From assembly GCA_966252305.1 (NCBI GenBank), contig CBINOO010000002.1:98862-162861 (forward strand): 64,000 nucleotides of DNA, written 5' to 3'. Numbering within the stretch: the stretch's first letter is position 1; each line of letters begins with the position of its first letter. A model generated the notes under the pieces. It made no database searches. It had not been told where the DNA came from and worked only from the letters and a program-made list of their open reading frames with translations. Shown here one piece after another: positions 9,007 through 21,222 of the stretch. The DNA is from an uncultured Acidimicrobiia bacterium (lineage in GTDB: Bacteria; Acidobacteriota; Vicinamibacteria; Vicinamibacterales; SCN-69-37). The translations under genes and the position numbers were made by a program.

Positions 9007-9705
9007 TTATCCAACCCGCGCCAGCCGGACAAGCACCTTGCTGGCGGCCTTGGTGCCCAACGTCGTGGCCGAGCCGTCGGTCTTCACCACCACCGCATCC
9101 GCCGCATCATCGCGGGACTCGATGGTCACGGTGCTGCCGGGCATGAGGTGGCGGTCCTCGATGAAGCGGAGGAATTCAGCGCCCTGATCGACGACGCGGA
9201 CCACCGTGAGCGGCGTGTTGACCGGCGCCGAGAGCAGGTCCACATAGTCGGGCTGGATGATGGTGCCTTCGGCCGTGGGGATCGGGTCGCCGTGTGGATC
9301 AACGGCGGGTCGACCGAGCATGTCGTCGATGAGATCGATCAGACGCTCTGACACCGCGTGTTCGAGGCGTTCCGCTTCGTCGTGCACCTCGGCCCAGCTC
9401 ATGCCGAGCACCTTGACGAGGAAGAGTTCGATGAGCCGGTGCCGGCGCAGGACGAGTGAGGCCAGTTTCTCACCGGCGTCGGTGAGGCGCACACCCATGT
9501 ACGGCTCGTAGTGCACGAGGCCCGACTCTGCCAGCGCCTTGACCATCGTCGTGGCCGTGCCCGGGACAACGCCGAGCGCCGAGGCGAGCTGGCCCATGGG
9601 AACCAGAGCGCGTTCACCTTCAGGCGCCTGCGCGTGCGCGCGGTTGGCCGCCTCGGTGAGGTGGATGGTCTTGAGGTAGTTCTCGACCGTCTGCGACGGG
9701 AGCAT
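9007..9705 (-). CDS. DtxR/MntR-family metal-dependent transcriptional regulator with a FeoA-like C-terminal domain
   Basis: Motifs TVENYLKTI, wHTH, RRHRLIELFL, VHDEAERLEH and DPHGDPIP. Confidence 0.92.
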   Translation of the reverse strand: MLPSQTVENYLKTIHLTEAANRAHAQAPEGERALVPMGQLASALGVVPGTATTMVKALAESGLVHYEPYMGVRLTDAGEKLASLVLRRHRLIELFLVKVLGMSWAEVHDEAERLEHAVSERLIDLIDDMLGRPAVDPHGDPIPTAEGTIIQPDYVDLLSAPVNTPLTVVRVVDQGAEFLRFIEDRHLMPGSTVTIESRDDAADAVVVKTDGSATTLGTKAASKVLVRLARVG

Positions 9706-9711
9706 GGTGAC

Positions 9712-10143
9712 TCAGCGTGCCGCCAGTTTGCCCACGGCGGGGATCAGGAATCCGAGAAGGTCAGATTCGTTGAGCTTCGAGATCGCGGCAGACTCGGCGA
9801 TGGGATGTTCCTCGACGTGGACGTTGTGCCGGCTGACGGCGTGGCTGACGCGGCCGAGCACGCGCGGTGGCCGCACGCTGGTGTCCAGGACGAACTCGAT
9901 GAAGTCCTCAGCGCTTTTTTCTGAAGCGATGCGTGCCGAGCCGGCCGGTGTCTGGGCCTGAAAGGGGAGGCCTTCCGCGCGAAGCACGCTGACCGTCTGT
10001 CGCACCAGCGGGCCGGCGACCTCGACGATGAACTTGGTGTAGGCCGAGTGGGCGGCGTCCGAGCTCTCGCGGCGTGCGACGGCCTCGGTGCGGGCCCGTT
10101 CAATTTCGCGAAGCAGCTGGCGGCGGAGTTCGGCGAGTTCCAT
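9712..10143 (-). CDS. Hypothetical protein
   Basis: 143-aa ORF filling the gap between co-oriented genes, with typical codon usage and a helical N-terminus. Confidence 0.7.
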   Translation of the reverse strand: MELAELRRQLLREIERARTEAVARRESSDAAHSAYTKFIVEVAGPLVRQTVSVLRAEGLPFQAQTPAGSARIASEKSAEDFIEFVLDTSVRPPRVLGRVSHAVSRHNVHVEEHPIAESAAISKLNESDLLGFLIPAVGKLAAR

Positions 10144-10168
10144 AACCCGGCGATCGTACTACGTCCCG

Positions 10169-11398
10169 TCAGTCGAGCACTCGGATGGCGCCGGCTGCGG
10201 CCATCTGGGTGACCGTGGCAGGGTCGTAGCCGAGGTCTCTGGTCAGGACGGCGGCGGTGTGTTCGCCCATCCGGGGTGGCGGGGTGCGCACCGAGCCGGG
10301 AGTGTCGGAGAGTTTCACGGGCACACCCAGGACGCGGATTGGGCCAATGGTGGGGTGGTCGACGGTTTCGACCATGGCCCGAGCAATGGATTGCGGGTCC
10401 GTGAGTGCCTCGCCAACCGAGCGCACCGCCCCGCAGGGGACACCTGCGTTACGGAGTGCGGCGACCCAGTCGGCGGCGGAGCGGGTGAGGAGCCGGGGTG
10501 CCAGGATGGCCTGCAGGTCGTCGTGATGTTCGACACGGCCGGCGTTGGTGAGAAAGCGCGGATCCTTCGCGGCAGCAGGCAGCTCGGCGACCGCGCAGAA
10601 GCGCTGGAACTGGTCGTCGTTGCCGACAGCCAGCACGAGCACACCTTCGGCCGTGTCGAACGTGTTGTAAGGAACGATCGTCGCGTGCCGGTTGCCGAGG
10701 CGTTCGGGTGATGCTTCCGTCGCGAAGAAACGTCCCGCCTGATAGGTGAGTAGCGACGTGACGGCGTCGTGCAGCGCGATGTCGACGTGTTGACCTTTGC
10801 CTGAGGTGCTGCGCGCGATCAGGGCCAGCAGCAATCCTTGAAACGCAAACATCCCGGCCATGATGTCGGCGACGGCTACGCCTAACCGCACCGGTGGGCC
10901 ATCGGGGGTGCCGGTAATGCTCATCAGGCCGCCTTCGGCCTGGATCATCGCGTCGTAGCCGGCTTCGTCGCGGCGCGGGCCTGTCTGGCCAAATCCAGAG
11001 ATGGAGACGTAGATCAGGCCCGGGTGCTTCCGCGACAGGTCGGCGTAGCCGAGTCCGCGGGCGTCGAGTGTCCCCGGGCGGAAGTTCTCGACGATGATGT
11101 CGGCGCGGGCGATGAGGGCATCCAGGGCCGCGCGGCCGTCGGGTGTCGTGAAGTCGAGTGCGACGCTTTCCTTGTTGCGGTTGATGCTCAGGTAATAGGC
11201 GCTTTCGCCCTCCAGAAACGGCGGCCCCCAGGCGCGGGTGTCGTCACCGCGTGTCGGGTGCTCGATCTTGATGACGCGCGCGCCCATGTCGGCCGCGAGC
11301 ATCGTGCAGTACGGGCCGGAGAGGACGCGGGTCAGGTCCAGGACCGTGAGCCCCGCCAGCGGCCCGCGCGCAGAAAAGACGTCGGGTGGCTTTTTCAT
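10169..11398 (-). CDS. CaiB/BaiF family (class III) CoA-transferase
   Basis: Motifs GPLAGLTVLDLTRVLSGPYC, GARVIKIE, NRNKES, VENFRPG and GYD. The ATG at 11398 overlaps the upstream TGA. Confidence 0.92.
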   Translation of the reverse strand: MKKPPDVFSARGPLAGLTVLDLTRVLSGPYCTMLAADMGARVIKIEHPTRGDDTRAWGPPFLEGESAYYLSINRNKESVALDFTTPDGRAALDALIARADIIVENFRPGTLDARGLGYADLSRKHPGLIYVSISGFGQTGPRRDEAGYDAMIQAEGGLMSITGTPDGPPVRLGVAVADIMAGMFAFQGLLLALIARSTSGKGQHVDIALHDAVTSLLTYQAGRFFATEASPERLGNRHATIVPYNTFDTAEGVLVLAVGNDDQFQRFCAVAELPAAAKDPRFLTNAGRVEHHDDLQAILAPRLLTRSAADWVAALRNAGVPCGAVRSVGEALTDPQSIARAMVETVDHPTIGPIRVLGVPVKLSDTPGSVRTPPPRMGEHTAAVLTRDLGYDPATVTQMAAAGAIRVLD

Positions 11399-11422
11399 CA
11401 AAAAAGCCACCCGACGTCTTTT
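11374..11422. repeat. Perfect 22-bp inverted repeat spanning the hom/CoA-transferase junction
   Basis: aaaagacgtcgggtggcttttt-catca-aaaaagccacccgacgtctttt. The loop is the TGATG stop/start overlap. Confidence 0.9.
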
Positions 11423-12516
11423 TTTTGTTGTCCAACAATCGTCATCAGGTCCGCGAACAGCGCGTAGGCGGTCTTTTCGAGACCGCCGTCGCGCTGCGTG
11501 ATGACGACCCGTCCCAGCAGGTCGGATTCGATTTCCAGGGCATTTGCCTGACCATCCAGGATGGCCAGTGGATCGCCGGGCTCGAGTTCCTCGAGCCCGA
11601 CACGAAAAAAGACGTCGGGTGGGGTTTTCGACGAAAAAGCCCCCCCACGGGTTTTTACCCCCCCCACCCCCGTGTGGCGCCGGCCCCGCCGGAGCGCGGC
11701 CCGCGCCGCAAGCGCCGTCTCGGGACCGATGCCCGCACGCATCACGTCCTGCGGCGTGATGCGCGCGTCCATCCACACATTCCCGAGCGCCGCCACCTTC
11801 GCCGCGGCATCCCACCCGTCCACGTCCAGCGACGGGTCCGCCTCGGCGATACCCTCCGCCTGCATCCGCGCGAGGGCCGACTCAAATGACTCCCCGACCT
11901 CCAGCGCGGTCAGGATGTGGTTGGTCGTCGAGTTGATCACGCCCCGAAAGCCCTCGATCCGCACGCCCGGCATCGTCGACCGGACGAGGTTGAACACCGG
12001 GATGCCGTCCATCACGGCGCCCTCAAACAGGAAGTGGCGGCCCGCGGCCGCCGCTTCCTGTGACAGCTCATGGTACGCGTGCGCCACGGGGCCCTTGTTG
12101 GCCGACACCACGTGGGCGCCGGCCCGCAGGGCGGCGCGCACGTGCGAGACGGCCGGCTCGCCAGACTCAATTGCCAGGGTCGTCGTCTCAACCACTACGT
12201 GGGCCTCGATGTCCTGGGCAGCTCCCGCTGGGCGCGGGAGTGATACGAGTTGCGCAATCAGTTGACTGGCCGTCTCCTGGGTGGACGTTGGCCCAACCGC
12301 GTCCCCACCGGCCACCTGCTGCGCGAGTCGAACGGCGTCGAGGCCCGCGCCCAACTCATCGGGCGTCACAAAGCGGAAGCCGTGACGCCTGGTGCAGATG
12401 CCGACAATGACGGGCTCGATGTCATGGGCGCGCAGGAACGCCTCCTGTTCCCGCAACAACTGCACGAATCGCCGTGCGACATTCCCGAATCCGATGAGCA
12501 ACAGCGAAACACGCAT
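11398..12516 (-). CDS. hom: Homoserine dehydrogenase (short form without ACT domain)
   Basis: Motifs IGFGNV, HVVSANKGP, FEGAVMDGIP, NSTTNHIL and GIAEADPSLDVDGWDAAAK. Confidence 0.9.
   Translation of the reverse strand: MRVSLLLIGFGNVARRFVQLLREQEAFLRAHDIEPVIVGICTRRHGFRFVTPDELGAGLDAVRLAQQVAGGDAVGPTSTQETASQLIAQLVSLPRPAGAAQDIEAHVVVETTTLAIESGEPAVSHVRAALRAGAHVVSANKGPVAHAYHELSQEAAAAGRHFLFEGAVMDGIPVFNLVRSTMPGVRIEGFRGVINSTTNHILTALEVGESFESALARMQAEGIAEADPSLDVDGWDAAAKVAALGNVWMDARITPQDVMRAGIGPETALAARAALRRGRRHTGVGGVKTRGGAFSSKTPPDVFFRVGLEELEPGDPLAILDGQANALEIESDLLGRVVITQRDGGLEKTAYALFADLMTIVGQQKKDVGWLF
11605..11656. repeat. Second, degenerate copy of the same palindromic element inside the hom coding sequence
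   Basis: aaaaaagacgtcgggtggggttttcg shares aaaagacgtcgggtgg with the copy at 11374. The second arm is garbled and C-rich. Confidence 0.7.
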
Positions 12517-12535
12517 GCCGTAGAGTAGGAATTGT

Positions 12536-13288
12536 ATGGTCACACGCACACTTCTCGCGCTCACCCTTGTGGCCGTCGCCACCTCGGCTGCAGCCCAGAC
12601 GCCTCCCACACCACCCACGACGCCCACTTCCCCCACGCCATCCACCTCGTTCGTCGTTGCCCGCGGCACGTCGACAGTGACGATGGCGCCGGATCAGGCG
12701 TGGTTGAGCCTCTCGGTGCAGACCCGCGATACCAAGGGGCCCGAAGCGCGTCGTCTTGCCGCGACCGCGATGACATCCGTGATGGCCACCCTCAAGAACA
12801 CCGGCCTGGCACCGGATGCCATCAAGACCACCGGCTACTCGCTCAACCCCGACTACGAATATCCGAACGGACGTCAACGTCTGCGCGGCTTCGTCGTCAA
12901 CAACCAGCTGCAGGTCCGTATCGACGACATCGACAAGGTCGCCGACGTAATCGATGCGGCTACATCGCTGACGTTGCCGGCGTCGTCATCGATCTCGGTG
13001 GGCGGATTGCGATTCGACCTGAAGAATCGAAAGGCAGCCGAGCGCGATGCCCTCCGGATGGCGGTTGAAGACGCCCTGGCGAACGCGCGGGCGATGGCTG
13101 AAGGTGCGCGGAGCGCTATCGGTCGCGTGCTTGTGATCACCGAAGGTATTGATAATTCGACCGAGATGTACAAGCCCATGCCGGCGATGATGGCGGGCCG
13201 CGCCGGTGATGTCGCCGTCTCTACGCCGATTGAAGCCGGCGATATCGAGATTCGCGCCTGGGTGTCCGTGACCGTCGAAATTCGCTAG
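12536..13288 (+). CDS. SIMPL/DUF541 family exported protein
   Basis: Signal peptide and Pro/Thr linker. G...V.M.PD.A, I.T..YSL.P.Y.Y, AL..AV.DA...A and PIEAG.IEI.A.V.V patterns. Confidence 0.85.
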   Translation: MVTRTLLALTLVAVATSAAAQTPPTPPTTPTSPTPSTSFVVARGTSTVTMAPDQAWLSLSVQTRDTKGPEARRLAATAMTSVMATLKNTGLAPDAIKTTGYSLNPDYEYPNGRQRLRGFVVNNQLQVRIDDIDKVADVIDAATSLTLPASSSISVGGLRFDLKNRKAAERDALRMAVEDALANARAMAEGARSAIGRVLVITEGIDNSTEMYKPMPAMMAGRAGDVAVSTPIEAGDIEIRAWVSVTVEIR

Positions 13289-13300
13289 CGGGACGCGCGA

Positions 13301-14542
13301 TTAGATGGGACGACGAGGCGCCCGAGGCGCGTCATCGTCGTCGGCAAACAGCGGGGTGAGCTCGTCGCGCTGCACCTGGCGCACCGACAGGTGCAGCGGT
13401 TCGGTGACGTCGATGTCCTTGCTGGTCGACACGCCAAGCTCCTTGAAGCGGCGAGCGCCAGGCAACACCTTCTGTTCGAGTGAGCCAACGAGCCTGTCGT
13501 AACTGTTGGCGGCCTGCTTGATGTTGGCGCCCACGCTGCTGAGGTGGTCGACCATCGTGGCGAGCCGGTCGTAGAGGTCGCGGCCGAGTTGCTGAATCTG
13601 TTCGGCATTCACGGCCAGCTGCTGCTGCTTCCAGCCGTACGCCACGGCGCGAAGGATGGCAATCAGTGTCATCGGTGTGGCCGGCACCACTCGGAGTGAC
13701 GATGCCTGTTCCAGCAGGGTGTCGTCGCGTTCAAACGCCGCGGCGAGTAACGGTTCGAGCGGAAGAAACATCACGACAAACTCTGGCGACGGCTGGAACT
13801 GCGTCCAGTAGGCCTTGCCACCAAGCGCGCGCACGTGATCGCGCACCTGTCGCGCGTGTGCCGTGAGGTGCTGATTGCGCTCAGCCTCGTCGCGGGCGTT
13901 GACGGCTTTCATGTATGCGTCAATCGGCACTTTCGAATCGATCACGATCGACGCGCCACCCGGCAGCCGAACGACCATGTCAGGCGTTTGCCGTCCGCCA
14001 TCGTCGGTGACCGCGTGGACCTGTTCCTGGAAGTCGCAGTGCTCGAGCATGCCGGCCATTTCGACGATGCGCCGGAGCTGGACTTCGCCCCACTTGCCGC
14101 GTGCGTTTGGCGAGCGGAGTGCCTGGGAGAGACCCTCGGTCGTCTTGCGCAGCAACTCCTGCGTCTGGGCCAGACCCGAGAGCTGGGTGGTGACGGCCTT
14201 GTAGGTGCCTTCGCGGTCGCGGTCCGCGCTGGCCACCTGCGCCTGCACGCGATCGAGGGTGTCGCGCATCGGCCTGAGCAAGGCTTCGGCGCGCTCAACG
14301 AAGTCCGTACGATTGTGCTGGAGGGCTTCCTGAGACAGCGCCGCGAACGATTCGCGCAGACGTGCCTGCGAGTCCTCGAAGGCCTGGCGCTGTTCCGTGG
14401 CCGCGCGCTTTGCGGCATCAAGTTCGGCCGTTGCGCGCGCGAGGTCGGCAACCAGTGCCTGGCGCTTCGACAGCAGCCATGCCGAGGCGCCAGCGGCGCC
14501 AAGCGCCACGCCGACGATCAGGAAAAGGAGGGAGTCGGTCAT
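13301..14542 (-). CDS. rmuC: DNA recombination protein RmuC
   Basis: N-terminal TM and coiled coil. Motifs RGKWGEVQL, PDMVVRLPG, IDSKVP, PEFVVMFLP and ATPMTL. Confidence 0.92.
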   Translation of the reverse strand: MTDSLLFLIVGVALGAAGASAWLLSKRQALVADLARATAELDAAKRAATEQRQAFEDSQARLRESFAALSQEALQHNRTDFVERAEALLRPMRDTLDRVQAQVASADRDREGTYKAVTTQLSGLAQTQELLRKTTEGLSQALRSPNARGKWGEVQLRRIVEMAGMLEHCDFQEQVHAVTDDGGRQTPDMVVRLPGGASIVIDSKVPIDAYMKAVNARDEAERNQHLTAHARQVRDHVRALGGKAYWTQFQPSPEFVVMFLPLEPLLAAAFERDDTLLEQASSLRVVPATPMTLIAILRAVAYGWKQQQLAVNAEQIQQLGRDLYDRLATMVDHLSSVGANIKQAANSYDRLVGSLEQKVLPGARRFKELGVSTSKDIDVTEPLHLSVRQVQRDELTPLFADDDDAPRAPRRPI

Positions 14543-14577
14543 CCAGCTGTTCTACGGTACCACCGTGACAGCCGCGG

Positions 14578-14835
14578 TCAGCCCCTCCGCCGCAACAAGT
14601 CGCGTACGCGCTGTCGCGCAAGCTGCCGCACCGACGCCGGCAGCGGCGCATCTGCGACGCGCCGGCACAGGCCGGTGGTCTTTCTGAATTCCTCGATGAC
14701 CTCGCCGCAGTTCGGGCATGAAGCCGCGTGCGCTTCGATCGCCTTGCAGACGGATGGTCCGAGTTCGCCGTCGAGATAACCGGAGATCTGTTCGAGCAGC
14801 GACTCACACGTCACGACAGGAGTGGCGCGGCTCAT
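14578..14835 (-). CDS. Soluble zf-HC2 (zinc-binding) anti-sigma factor
   Basis: C....ISGYLDGEL and HAASCPNC (HxxxCxxC). ATGA-coupled to the ECF sigma gene. No TM segment. Confidence 0.88.
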   Translation of the reverse strand: MSRATPVVTCESLLEQISGYLDGELGPSVCKAIEAHAASCPNCGEVIEEFRKTTGLCRRVADAPLPASVRQLARQRVRDLLRRRG

Positions 14836-15446
14836 CGCGCGGCTCCCAGCGATTCGCGCAACATGACGCGGGCGCGATGCAGCCGCGTCTTCACGTTGTC
14901 CTCGGTCATGCCCGTCACCTCCGCTACTTCGCGGGTCGACAACCCTTCCATTTCACGGAGCAGGACGATCATCCGGTAGGCCGGCGGCAGTTTCGCGAGC
15001 GCCTCACGCAGTTGTCGTCCAAGCCAGCGATTCATGGCCACTTCGTCCGGGCCACGGTCGTGTGTGGCCACTTCCTGCGGGGTTCCCGGCTCGAGCGTCT
15101 CCATGCGCGACGGTTCATCCACACGTTTGCGCCGTTTCATCAAACACGCGTTGCGCACCGTTCTGAACAGCCACGTGCGGAAGGCGGACGGGTCCTTGAT
15201 GGAGTTCGCGTGTTTGTACGTGCGAATCAGCGCATCCTGCATGACGTCCTCGGCATCTTCCGGATGCCCACAGACCAGCAACGAGAACCGGTAGGCCACC
15301 TGCTGCGCCCGCATCAGGAGGTCCTCCATGGCGGTCTCGTCCCCCGCCGCAGCGGCCCGTACCAGCGGTTCGTAGGGATCGGGCCCGTCCTTCCGGCCCT
15401 TCCAAGGATGCAGCCCCGCGCGTTTGGTGACAGCCACGGCAGACAT
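14832..15446 (-). CDS. ECF-family RNA polymerase sigma factor
   Basis: Region 2 DAEDVMQDALI..FRTWLFR and region 4 LPPAYR..LLREMEGLS..EVA..VKTRLHRAR. The start codon is uncertain. Confidence 0.92.
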   Translation of the reverse strand: MSAVAVTKRAGLHPWKGRKDGPDPYEPLVRAAAAGDETAMEDLLMRAQQVAYRFSLLVCGHPEDAEDVMQDALIRTYKHANSIKDPSAFRTWLFRTVRNACLMKRRKRVDEPSRMETLEPGTPQEVATHDRGPDEVAMNRWLGRQLREALAKLPPAYRMIVLLREMEGLSTREVAEVTGMTEDNVKTRLHRARVMLRESLGAAR

Positions 15447-15474
15447 TGTCACCTTTTCCGACGCCCCTGCATCT
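15447..15474 (+). promoter_or_regulatory. Candidate ECF-type promoter for the efflux operon
   Basis: TGTCACC-N16-CATCT ends 9 nt before the TolC ATG, within the 37-bp divergent gap. Confidence 0.45.
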
Positions 15475-15483
15475 GTGTGGCCG

Positions 15484-16812
15484 ATGGCACGATTCTCTGG
15501 CCTCCTGATGTTGACACTGTGCCTGGCGTCGCCGGCTGCGGCCCAGGCCCCTCTCACGATTGACGCGGCGGTGTCGGCGGCGCTCGAGCGCAATCCCGCA
15601 CTGGCGGCAGCGCGCGCGGCCGTGGATCGCGCTCAGGCTGAACGCATCGCTGCGCGGGGCGCATGGTTCCCGCGGCTCAATCTCTCCGAAGGAGTACAGC
15701 GTGGCGACCAGCCGGTGTTTGCGTTCGGCGCGCTGCTTTCGGCCCGGCAATTTGCCGCCACAGACTTCGCGATCGATCGGCTGAACCGTCCCGGCGCGAC
15801 CTCGCTGTACACAACACGCGCCTCCCTGTCGCAGTTGATCTTCGACGGCGGGCGCACCTCGGGACAGAACGCGGAGGCCGTCGCGCGTGTGGCCGCTGCC
15901 CAGGCGGACGCCGATACGGCTGCCCACACCATTGTCATGGCCGTGACTGCTGCCGTGGGACAGGTGGCGTCGCTGGATGCCATGTCCGGAGCGGTCGACG
16001 CCGCACTCACGGCGGCGCTTGAAGACCAACACCGCGCACAGCGTCGTCGTGATGCCGGTACTGCGACGGATGCCGATGTGCTTGCCGCGGATGTCCACGT
16101 CGCGGACCTGCGGCAGAGACGTCTGCAGGTCGCTGCCGATCGGGTATCGGCGGCCGCGCAGCTGAATCGCCTGATCGGCGCGCCGGTTGACGCGGGTGTC
16201 GTCCTCGCGCCGCTTCCGTCGCCTGCAGACATGTCAACCACTCCGCTGCCCGACCTGTTGAAGGAAGCAGAGGCGGCGCGCCCCGAGCTGCGTCGCGCCG
16301 AAGCGCAGATCGAGATGGCGCGCGCGGGAGCTCGCCAGGCGTCTTCGGTCTGGTGGCCGCAGGTGGCCGCGCAGGCGGGCCTCGAATGGAACGGCACGGC
16401 CTTCGACAGCCGAAGCCGCTCGTGGGTCGTCGGCGGAGAGCTCCGCTGGTCGCTGTCGTTGTCGGACGCCGACCGTGCTCGCACGCGCGCCGCGGCATCC
16501 GCGCGCACCGCAGCAGAACTGGCAAGAGACGACGTCCGGGCGGAAATTCACGTGGACGTGTTCACCGCCCTACGGCGGCATGAGGCCGCGGTCGCGCGCC
16601 TTGAAGTGGGCCGCGCAGCAGTGACGCAGGCCGCCGAACGCGCGCGTGTGGTGCGCAACCGGTACGACGCGGGCCTCGCAACGATGACGGATGTGCTTGC
16701 GGCGGCGGGCGCGTTGCTTGACGCCGAAGCCCGGCAGACGGCCGTGTCGGTCGAGGTGCTTACGGCCGGTGCCGCGCTGCAACGCGCGCTCGGGCGACAG
16801 GTGTGGAAATGA
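15484..16812 (+). CDS. TolC-family outer-membrane efflux protein
   Basis: Signal peptide, LTIDAAV..AL.RNP.L, FPRLNL, RPEL, WPQV and RYDAGL.T..DVL. Confidence 0.88.
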   Translation: MARFSGLLMLTLCLASPAAAQAPLTIDAAVSAALERNPALAAARAAVDRAQAERIAARGAWFPRLNLSEGVQRGDQPVFAFGALLSARQFAATDFAIDRLNRPGATSLYTTRASLSQLIFDGGRTSGQNAEAVARVAAAQADADTAAHTIVMAVTAAVGQVASLDAMSGAVDAALTAALEDQHRAQRRRDAGTATDADVLAADVHVADLRQRRLQVAADRVSAAAQLNRLIGAPVDAGVVLAPLPSPADMSTTPLPDLLKEAEAARPELRRAEAQIEMARAGARQASSVWWPQVAAQAGLEWNGTAFDSRSRSWVVGGELRWSLSLSDADRARTRAAASARTAAELARDDVRAEIHVDVFTALRRHEAAVARLEVGRAAVTQAAERARVVRNRYDAGLATMTDVLAAAGALLDAEARQTAVSVEVLTAGAALQRALGRQVWK

Positions 16813-17971
16813 GAATCAACATGACGACAACGATCCGGGTGGGAGTGGTGGTGATTGCGACGGCGGGCGCTGTGGCCTGCGGCGGCGCCACGGAGTCGAA
16901 GCGTGAAGCCGAGGCACAAGCCCCGGTGACAGTCAGTGTCGACCGGGTGTCGCGCACGACCATGGCCGACACGTATGAAGCCGGCGGGGTCCTTGTCTCC
17001 AAACAGACGGCCGTCCTGTCGGCGCGGGTGATGGCGCCAATCCTCCGCATCACGGTCCAGCCCGGCGACCGTGTTCGCCGCGGTCAACTGGTTGTCGAGT
17101 TGGAATCCGATGATGCTGTCGCTCAAGTCGCGCGTGCGGATGCATCGCTGGCAGCAGCCAGGGCCTCGGCGCGTGCCGCAGAGTCTGAACGAGACGCTGC
17201 GCAGGCCGCGCTCGTGTTGGCCACCTCGACCCACACGCGCATCGCGAAGCTCCAGCAGGAGCGGTCGGCCACCACTCAGGAGCTTGACGCAGCCACAGCA
17301 GGGCTCCGTCAGGCTGAGTCACGTGTCGCCGCGGCTACCGCTCAGGTTGAAGCCGCTGCGCGCGGGGTCGAAGCGGCGCAAGCCGCCGGCCGTGTCTCCA
17401 ACATTGCCCGCGGATGGACGAGCCTTACCGCTCCGTTCGACGGCCTCGTCGTCGCCCGCCACGCCGATCCCGGGTCCACCGCTGCGCCCGGTCAGCCGCT
17501 GCTGACCATCGAAGCGCCTGGCGCCCTGCAGATGGAAGTGCGCATGGACGCCTCGCGCGCGGCGGGTCTGTCGCTGGGTCAATCCGCTGAGGTGCGGGTG
17601 GAAACCGGCGGCGCTTCGAGTTGGGTGCCCGCGAAAATCTCGGAGATTGCGCGCGTCGACCCGATGGCGCACAGCTTCGCGGTGACGCTTGATGTGGCGC
17701 CGGATGTGTCCTGGCGCTCGGGCTTCTTCGGCCGCGCGCGATTCTCGGCCGGCGGGGCAGAGCGACTGGCCGTGCCGGCCGCAGCCGTCGTGCAACGCGG
17801 CCAGCTCTCCTACGTGTATCAGGTCGGCGCTGACGGACACGCGAGACTCCGCGTCGTCTCGTTGGGACGCACGGCCGACGATCGCGTCGAAGTGCTCTCC
17901 GGCCTCAACGACGGAGACCGCGTGGTGATCAATCCGCCGGCAACACTGACCGACGGAGCACAGGTGCGGTC

Positions 17972-17975
<4 letters not shown>
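16809..17975 (+). CDS. RND efflux periplasmic adaptor (membrane fusion protein)
   Basis: Lipobox [14 protein letters not shown], coiled hairpin, LTAPFDGLV and VEVLSGL.DGDRVV. ATGA overlap with the TolC gene. Confidence 0.9.
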
Positions 17976-21124
<3,149 letters not shown>

Positions 21125-21154
<30 letters not shown>

Positions 21155-21211
21155 ATGTAGGGCGGGCCTTCAGGCCCGCCATTGCATGTAGGGCGGGACT
21201 TCAGCCCCGCC
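21125..21211. repeat. Cluster of three 24-nt GTAG/GTGG-type REP palindromes (21125-21148 minus, 21157-21180 plus, 21188-21211 plus)
   Basis: Consensus GT(A/G)G-GGCGGGCC-TTCA-GGCCCGCC. The first two form an inverted doublet. Confidence 0.88.
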
Positions 21212-21222
21212 GGGAGCCACGA

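Noticed and set aside
11399..11815. Long N-terminal extension of the CoA-transferase in the ORF track
   Set aside because: It overlaps hom in another frame. The ATG at 11398 in a TGATG overlap is the better start. Similar over-extensions were trimmed for hom, the ECF sigma, TolC, sufU, otsB, padR2 and the BtuF-like gene.
13301..14542. RmuC and the PIN-PhoH gene as an anti-phage defence island
   Set aside because: Both are widespread chromosomal genes, lie 28 kb apart, and have no defence or mobility neighbours.
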